Positions 58,292 through 64,000 of a DNA stretch of 64,000 nucleotides are shown piece by piece. The notes below the pieces were generated by a model that was given only the letters and a program-made list of their open reading frames with translations, was not told the DNA's origin and ran no database searches. The position numbers and the translations under genes are program-made. Source of the DNA: Candidatus Subterrananammoxibius californiae (GTDB taxonomy: Bacteria; Planctomycetota; Brocadiia; Brocadiales; Subterrananammoxibiaceae); assembly GCA_030586555.1 (NCBI GenBank), contig JAURAC010000001.1, forward strand, positions 113,130 through 177,129, written 5' to 3'. The first letter of the stretch is position 1. Each line of letters starts with the position of its first letter.

Positions 58292-58728
58292 TGCCTGACA
58301 TCCCCCTTACCTTTTTCAGAAAGAAGCTTTTTAAGCTCGCTTAGCAGCGCCGGGTTTATCTTCTCAAGATTGCTGACGAAGTGGGCAAGTGATGGTTCCG
58401 TTATATCTGGCAGGATGCTATCTAAGACCTGATTAATGCAATTCTGGATAAGCCTCTTTTTGGAATAAACAGGTGAATAAAGATATGCGTTTTTATCCCT
58501 TACCCTGCTCAGCAGTCCCTTTTTCCACAACCTGTCCATGGTGGTCATTACCGTTGTATAGGCAATATCCCTTTCCTGCTGTAATTCATTAAATATGTCC
58601 CTGACGGCAACACTTTCCCTGCCCCATATCCTCTCAATAACCGCAGTCTCAAGCTCCCCTAAAACCCTTTTCAAACCTTTCTTGTGGAGGTTAAAGTCAA
58701 CAAAGCCTGCTTTATCGCTTCGTACCAT
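58288..58728 (-). CDS. BlaI/MecI/CopY family repressor
   Basis: LGELE..V...IW, IAYTTVMT.MDRL.KKG.L.R...AY.Y. Confidence 0.92.
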   Translation of the reverse strand: MVRSDKAGFVDFNLHKKGLKRVLGELETAVIERIWGRESVAVRDIFNELQQERDIAYTTVMTTMDRLWKKGLLSRVRDKNAYLYSPVYSKKRLIQNCINQVLDSILPDITEPSLAHFVSNLEKINPALLSELKKLLSEKGKGDVRH

Positions 58729-58765
58729 TTTTATGTTCTACCCAAAAAGACAATGTTGCAAAATC

Positions 58766-58804
58766 TACTATGCGCAATAGTAACACAATTAAACAAAAAG
58801 TCAA
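58766..58804 (-). promoter_or_regulatory. Repressor-gene promoter with overlapping palindromic operator
   Basis: TTGACT-16 nt-TACTAT on the minus strand; the -10 is one arm of TACTAT-N5-ATAGTA (58766-58782). Confidence 0.6.
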
Positions 58805-58900
58805 TAATTATTTTCAAACTGGTGTTAGAAAAATTATTTTTTGCTTTTTCGTAGAGTATTGCTACAATAAAACAATTGTATCCCAAAAAAGGAGGCTTCC

Positions 58901-60088
58901 ATGCAAAGGCCAACATGGGTGGAAATAAACCTCGATGCCATCGCCCATAACGTCCGTGCTGTTCGCAAGAAGATTGGCGAGGACATAGAAATCCTTGCCG
59001 TTGTAAAGGCAGATGCTTACGGACATGGGGCTATTGAAACAAGCAGGGTTCTATTAAAGAATGGGGTTGAATTGCTTGGTGTAGCGATACCGGAGGAGGG
59101 AATAGAACTGCGCAAGGCTGGTATCAACGCTTCAATCATTATTCTCGGCAGCCTATTACCAGAACAATTAGATAGCGTTGTTGCGTTTTCCCTTACGCCA
59201 ACAATCTGTGACCGCTTTATTGCAAAGGAATTGTCATATCGTGCCCAAAAACTTCTTAAGAAATTAAAGGTTCATGTCAAGATAGATACTGGCATGGGAA
59301 GGCTCGGCGTGCGGCATGAAGATGCGGTAAATCTAATAAAGGAAATAAAGCATCTTAATAACCTTGAGATTGAAGGCGTCTATACCCACCTTGCCACGTC
59401 TGACGAAAAAGATAAGGGTTTTGCTTACGAACAAATCGGTCTGTTTATAAATGTCCTTAAGCAGTTAGATGCCCAAAATATACACATACCACTTAAACAT
59501 GCAGCAAATAGCGGGGCAATCCTCGACATCCCAGCATCCTACTTCAATACGGTGCGTCCGGGACTTGTCCTTTATGGGCTGTATCCTTCTAACGAGGTGT
59601 CCAGAAGCATAAGGCTGCAGCCTGCCATGACCTTCAAAACAAGGATTGCATATATTAAGGATGTACAGAAAGGCGTTACAATAGGTTATGGAAGAACTTA
59701 TAAGACCTCTAAACAATCCACGGTTGCTACGTTACCTGTGGGATACGTTGATGGATACAGTCGCAGTTTTTCAAACCGTGGGGAGGTGATTGTTAATGGC
59801 TATCGAGCGCCCATTATTGGCCGTGTGTGCATGGATCAGTGTATTATTGATGTGAGTGACATTCCTGATGTTTCGGTAGGCAACGAAGTTATCCTTTATG
59901 GGAAATCCGCCTCAGGCGGAGCAGAGGAAATTTCTATTGAGACGGCGGCAAGCCTTATCGGCACTATCCCGTATGAAATCGTCTGTACAATAGGAAAGCG
60001 TGTGCCGAGGGTTTACCGTCGCCAGTCGCTTGCCGTTCGTCGTTCGGGTAACGAGTCATGGGTCACGAGTGACGAAATTATTGTTTGA
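58901..60088 (+). CDS. alr: Alanine racemase
   Basis: AVVKADAYGHG, HVKIDTGMGRLG, AANS, VRPG, IGYG, GRVCMDQ, GTIPYE. Confidence 0.96.
   Translation: MQRPTWVEINLDAIAHNVRAVRKKIGEDIEILAVVKADAYGHGAIETSRVLLKNGVELLGVAIPEEGIELRKAGINASIIILGSLLPEQLDSVVAFSLTPTICDRFIAKELSYRAQKLLKKLKVHVKIDTGMGRLGVRHEDAVNLIKEIKHLNNLEIEGVYTHLATSDEKDKGFAYEQIGLFINVLKQLDAQNIHIPLKHAANSGAILDIPASYFNTVRPGLVLYGLYPSNEVSRSIRLQPAMTFKTRIAYIKDVQKGVTIGYGRTYKTSKQSTVATLPVGYVDGYSRSFSNRGEVIVNGYRAPIIGRVCMDQCIIDVSDIPDVSVGNEVILYGKSASGGAEEISIETAASLIGTIPYEIVCTIGKRVPRVYRRQSLAVRRSGNESWVTSDEIIV
60016..60074. repeat. Degenerate inverted heptamer array forming the Alr C-terminal extension
   Basis: ccgtcgc cagtcgc ...tcgtcgt tcg | ggtaacg agtcatg ggtcacg agtgacg, after the usual RVPRVY end. 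Confidence 0.65.
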
Positions 60089-60113
60089 CATGCCTTCTCA
60101 AATTTGGTTAAAT
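60085..60113 (+). promoter_or_regulatory. Candidate sigma70 promoter for hppA, overlapping the alr stop
   Basis: TTGACA-17 nt-TTAAAT preceded by TG. Confidence 0.5.
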
Positions 60114-60207
60114 GCGTAACCTGGACGTTCAATCCAAAGAGGTAAAAGATAGGTTTTAAATTAGACACGTTCTGAGCAAGTTAAAGGAAAGGAGATGCGT
60201 TTCGTAA

Positions 60208-62547
60208 ATGGGAAAATTGTCTAAAGTTATGCAAGTATTAGCAGTGGTAATTGTAATAGGCTTTATCACCTTTTTACCAGGGGTTTCCACCGGCGCATTG
60301 CCGGAGGGAGAAGTAGTCGTAGCCCCTGAAAAGCCCGAAAGCACAAAGACGACGGCTGAAGAAAGAAATATACCTATTCTATGGTGGCTTGCCCCCATTG
60401 GGGCAATTGCTGCCCTCCTTTCTGCAAGGAAGTTCTATAAAGGCGTGATGCAAAACCCCGCTGGAGATGCAAAGATGGTGGAGGTAGCAAATCACGTCAG
60501 GGACGGGGCTTATGCATACCTGAAACAGCAATACAAAGTGGTCGCATGCTTCTTTGTATTTGTTGCCCTAATACTTGGTTATGTAGCCTTCAGCCTTGAA
60601 GTTCAATCTAAACTCGTGCCGTTTGCCTTCCTTACGGCAGGGACTTTATCCTGCCTTTCAGGCTTCTTTGGTATGAGGATGGCTACCAATGCAAGTTCCA
60701 GGACGGCGGAAGGGGTGAAAAGCTCGCTTAATAATGGATTGCAAATTGCCTTTAGAAGCGGCGCAGTAATGGGGCTTACGGTCGTTGGGTTGGCGCTTCT
60801 TGATTTATCCATCTGGTTCTTTATCCTTCGCAAGTTTACTGGATTTACCCTCGAACATATTACACTTACGATGCTTTGCTTTGGCATGGGCGCAAGTTTT
60901 CAGGCGCTTTTTGCAAGGGTTGGAGGCGGTATCTTCACAAAGGCTGCGGATGTCGGCGCAGACCTTGTAGGTAAGGTGGAGGCAGGCATACCTGAGGATG
61001 ACCCTCGAAATCCTGCCACGATTGCAGATAATGTGGGCGACAACGTGGGTGACGTAGCTGGCATGGGCGCTGATTTGTATGAATCATATTACGGCGCAAT
61101 CCTGGCAAGTATGGCGCTCGGCGTTGCTGCAGGACTCGGCATTAGCGGTATAGTAGCGCCAATGGCAATTGCAGGCATTGGCATATTACTTTCCATTCTC
61201 GGCGTATACGTTGTCAGAACCGAAGAGGGCGCATCGCAAAAACTGCTCTTAAAGGCACTTGCAAGGGGCGTTAATTTAAGCTCGTTATTAATATTTATTA
61301 CGTCTGCAATCATTATATATTTCGTCCTGCCTGGTCATTTTGGTGTTTGGGGCTCAATTGTTACCGGGTTGGTTGCAGGCATAATCATTGGCAAATCTAC
61401 GGAGTATTACACATCGGATGCTTATAAGCCCACACGGGGGATTGCCAGCCATGCAAAGACTGGACCTGCAACAGTCATTATTGACGGCATAGCAACAGGA
61501 ATGAGTTCAACTGCAATTGCTGCGGTTACTATTGGCGCAGCGATTCTTGTGAGCTTTGCATTTGCCGGAGGCTTTACGGATGTAAATCTTGGACTTTACG
61601 GTATTGGCGTTGCGGCAGTTGGGATGCTTTCTACGCTCGGAATTACCCTTTCAACCGATGCGTATGGACCCATTGCCGATAACGCAGGCGGTAATGCTGA
61701 GATGAGCGGCCAAATCCCTATTGTGCGCCAAAGGACGGAGTTACTCGACGCCTTAGGGAATACTACTGCAGCTACCGGTAAGGGTTTTGCCATAGGTTCT
61801 GCCGCTTTAACTGCCCTTGCGCTTTTAGCATCTTATATCTCCGAAATCAGAATTGGGCTGGAAAGGACAGGAACCCATGTCCTTAACATTGGAGACAAGA
61901 CGATTGAGGTTGCAAAAGCAGGGATTTCTGATTTTATGACCTACTATGATATAACCTTAATGAATCCTAAAGTGCTTGTTGGCGTATTCCTCGGCTCTAT
62001 GACGGTATTTATATTCTGCGCCCTTACCATGAAGGCGGTCGGCAGGGCGGCAGGAAGAATGGTCGAGGAGGTCAGGAGGCAATTCAGGGAAATTAAGGGC
62101 CTCTTAGAAGGCTCTGGAAAGGCTGATTATGCCGCTTGCGTTTCCATCAGTACCAAAGGCGCCCAGAGGGAAATGATTTTGCCTGCTATGCTTGCAATAC
62201 TTATTCCTGTAACTGTCGGTTTGGTCCTGGGAATTCCAGGGGTAATGGGTTTGCTGGTTGGCTCCCTATCCACCGGGTTTTTATTTGCCATCTTTATGGC
62301 AAATGCAGGCGGCGCCTGGGATAACGCAAAGAAATTCATTGAGCGTGGCGAATATGGCGGCAAGGGTTCAGAAGCCCATAAAGCCGCAGTTGTTGGCGAT
62401 ACCGTTGGGGACCCTTTCAAGGATACCTCTGGACCTTCACTCAATATTCTACTAAAGCTAATGTCCATAGTGTCTGTTGTCTTTGTGGGTTTAATCCTCA
62501 AGTTTTCACCAAAAATCCAGGCATTATTGCATATCGGGGCAAGGTAG
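60208..62547 (+). CDS. hppA: Membrane-integral cation-translocating pyrophosphatase, K+-dependent type
   Basis: GGGIFTKAADVGADLVGKVE, EDDPRNP, DNVGDNVGD, GNTTAA, GGAWDNAKK, GDTVGDPFKD. Confidence 0.96.
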   Translation: MGKLSKVMQVLAVVIVIGFITFLPGVSTGALPEGEVVVAPEKPESTKTTAEERNIPILWWLAPIGAIAALLSARKFYKGVMQNPAGDAKMVEVANHVRDGAYAYLKQQYKVVACFFVFVALILGYVAFSLEVQSKLVPFAFLTAGTLSCLSGFFGMRMATNASSRTAEGVKSSLNNGLQIAFRSGAVMGLTVVGLALLDLSIWFFILRKFTGFTLEHITLTMLCFGMGASFQALFARVGGGIFTKAADVGADLVGKVEAGIPEDDPRNPATIADNVGDNVGDVAGMGADLYESYYGAILASMALGVAAGLGISGIVAPMAIAGIGILLSILGVYVVRTEEGASQKLLLKALARGVNLSSLLIFITSAIIIYFVLPGHFGVWGSIVTGLVAGIIIGKSTEYYTSDAYKPTRGIASHAKTGPATVIIDGIATGMSSTAIAAVTIGAAILVSFAFAGGFTDVNLGLYGIGVAAVGMLSTLGITLSTDAYGPIADNAGGNAEMSGQIPIVRQRTELLDALGNTTAATGKGFAIGSAALTALALLASYISEIRIGLERTGTHVLNIGDKTIEVAKAGISDFMTYYDITLMNPKVLVGVFLGSMTVFIFCALTMKAVGRAAGRMVEEVRRQFREIKGLLEGSGKADYAACVSISTKGAQREMILPAMLAILIPVTVGLVLGIPGVMGLLVGSLSTGFLFAIFMANAGGAWDNAKKFIERGEYGGKGSEAHKAAVVGDTVGDPFKDTSGPSLNILLKLMSIVSVVFVGLILKFSPKIQALLHIGAR

Positions 62548-62549
62548 AA

Positions 62550-62595
62550 AATCCCCCCTATATCCCCCCTTTACCAAAGGGGGGAAGGGGGGATT
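62550..62595. repeat. C-rich/G-rich palindrome (CCCCCTTT..AAAGGGGG family)
   Basis: aatcccccctatatcccccctttaccaaaggggggaaggggggatt. Confidence 0.8.
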
Positions 62596-62611
62596 ATGGG
62601 AGAGAAAGAAG

Positions 62612-62983
62612 ACGTTAGGCTCTAAAGAGATTGCAATTTATTGCGCTCAGTTAGCAGACGAAAAAAAGGCTGTTGACATCGTGGTTCTGGATGTTAGCAG
62701 GCTCACCTTTATTACGGATTATTTTACAATTTGCAGCGGTATCAATAAGCGTCAGCTCCAGAGCATTGCAAATGATATTGAACAAAAGATGTCTGCCCTC
62801 GGCGTTCACAGGCTTGGCATAGAGGGATTTAATGACGCAAGATGGATACTTTTAGACTACGGGGATGTTATTGTACATCTCTTTGATAAAGAGACGCGAA
62901 GTTTTTACGACCTTGAACTCCTCTGGGGTGATGCGCCAAAGGTCAAATGGCAATCAAAAAAAATCCTTTTTCAGGCGCAGTAA
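62612..62983 (+). CDS. rsfS: Ribosome silencing factor (start codon uncertain)
   Basis: ADEKKAVDIVVLDV, TDYFTICSG, EG....WILLDYGDVIVHLF...R.FYDLE.LWGD. Confidence 0.9.
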   Translation, partial: TLGSKEIAIYCAQLADEKKAVDIVVLDVSRLTFITDYFTICSGINKRQLQSIANDIEQKMSALGVHRLGIEGFNDARWILLDYGDVIVHLFDKETRSFYDLELLWGDAPKVKWQSKKILFQAQ

Positions 62984-62998
62984 GAACGTAAAAAAGTT

Positions 62999-63029
62999 TG
63001 GAGTGCATTGACACCGTCAATGCACTCCA
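62999..63029. terminator. Hairpin between convergent rsfS and nirK
   Basis: tggagtgcattgac-acc-gtcaatgcactcca, 14-bp perfect stem. Confidence 0.75.
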
Positions 63030-63034
63030 TGGTT

Positions 63035-64000
63035 TTATTGGACAATCATTACACCCAATGCCCCTTTAGCGACATGTGATATGCAGTGGTCAAGAAATAC
63101 GTTAATTCCCCCAGGCACGCCTCCAGCTGCAGCCGCAGTTACCAGGGGTTTAAACGCCCATATAGTATTTTCAGCGCAAGGAACGTTTGAAGTTTCAACA
63201 TTAAGGTGCGGTGGGGATAGCACATCACCCCCTGTATATTCCCTGTCCCATATATCGCCTATCATGTGGGTTGCTGAGGTGAGGTTTGGACCCATATTGC
63301 CAAAATATATAATGACGTCATCAAAGACATCAGGCGTTAAAACTACTGGGCTCGCAACTTTGCCACTGGGTAAAGGAGTAAGCCCTGTCCTTTCTACCCC
63401 TGCCCTGCCATTAAATACGACGTAGTCCGGCTCATCGCTAACAAGCTTAGCTATATCCAAGCAGTACGTACCCGGCACTGGGGCAAGGGGATCAAAACCA
63501 GACAGGTAAAATTCACTCTGCATGATGTAGTACTCTTTATCCACCCTTTTTTTGTCAAGCCTGAAGTTGTATCCACCCTTTCTCGGTTCAACCAGAATCA
63601 TCCCCCACATTCCGAGGCTAATATGAGCCCCTATCATTAGCACCGTTCCATCCCCTGCACAGTGATATACATAAAGGCCCGGTTGCAGTACCTGGAAGGT
63701 AAGACTTGCATCTGCCCCGGGAGCAGCCATCAATACAGAAGCCCCTCCTTTGAAACCCTTTACAGCATGCAGGTCTATAGAATGTGTTACAGCATTGGCT
63801 ACTGGATTATGGAGGGTAAAGTTGATTGTATCGCCCTCTAATACCCTTATAAAGGGTCCCGGCACCTTGCCTGTTGTAACGTCAGCGCTGTGGCCAAACG
63901 TGTAGTAGCAATATCTTACATCGTCTCCAGTATCAACATCACCATCTGGACCTACGTCGAGTGTACCAGTGCGCTCATGCGCCCAAAAGTCTATGTCTAC
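63035..64000 (-). CDS. nirK: Copper-containing nitrite reductase (5' part beyond the window)
   Basis: VPGPFIRV..GD, HSIDLHA, YVYHC...H...GM.G, YIMQSEFY, VVFNG, HMIG..WD, FLDH; frame open to the window edge. Confidence 0.82.
   Translation of the reverse strand, partial: VDIDFWAHERTGTLDVGPDGDVDTGDDVRYCYYTFGHSADVTTGKVPGPFIRVLEGDTINFTLHNPVANAVTHSIDLHAVKGFKGGASVLMAAPGADASLTFQVLQPGLYVYHCAGDGTVLMIGAHISLGMWGMILVEPRKGGYNFRLDKKRVDKEYYIMQSEFYLSGFDPLAPVPGTYCLDIAKLVSDEPDYVVFNGRAGVERTGLTPLPSGKVASPVVLTPDVFDDVIIYFGNMGPNLTSATHMIGDIWDREYTGGDVLSPPHLNVETSNVPCAENTIWAFKPLVTAAAAGGVPGGINVFLDHCISHVAKGALGVMIVQ

Noticed and set aside
57134..58728. Beta-lactam resistance locus (blaR1-blaI)
   Set aside because: No beta-lactamase or PBP gene nearby, and the peptidase has no penicillin-binding sensor domain.
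1..64000. CRISPR array, tRNA or rRNA genes
   Set aside because: I saw no regularly spaced 25-45 bp repeats with unique spacers and no recognisable tRNA/rRNA; repeats here are isolated palindromes or short-period arrays.

Overview
Bacterial chromosomal window with moderately low GC. Gene content and repeat style suggest an anammox-type Planctomycetota (Ca. Brocadiia); this is an inference and cannot be proven from the window. Positions 1-33.7 kb hold a large plus-strand Wzx/Wzy surface-glycan cluster: Wza, Wzc, an O-antigen-ligase/TPR fusion, two radical SAM enzymes, four class I methyltransferases, a transaldolase-linked GDP-heptose/octose-type module, an orphan E1alpha/beta pair and DegT. 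Next come the rpmF-plsX-fabH-fabD-fabG-acpP-fabF operon, an orphan ParA with a membrane-anchored partner, two tandem diguanylate cyclases, birA, speD/speE, a SAM-I riboswitch controlling a threonine-synthase-like gene plus a MoaD-like sulfur carrier, a BlaI/M56-led CzcCBA-like operon, alr, a membrane pyrophosphatase, rsfS and a truncated nirK. The most striking unexplained structure is three integrase-free insertions, two carrying toxin-antitoxin-like pairs and one an inverted-repeat remnant. Each sits just after a gene's stop codon and is bounded by a second, in-frame, stop-containing copy of that gene's 3' end (fabF, moaD-like, czcA). For the sulfur carrier, the displaced copy encodes the canonical Gly-Gly-stop end, while the live gene ends GGLPF. 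Several families of short palindromes and 7/8-mer arrays are scattered through the window, many inside coding frames and one inside the riboswitch. Product calls come from motif recognition only; no database searches were run.
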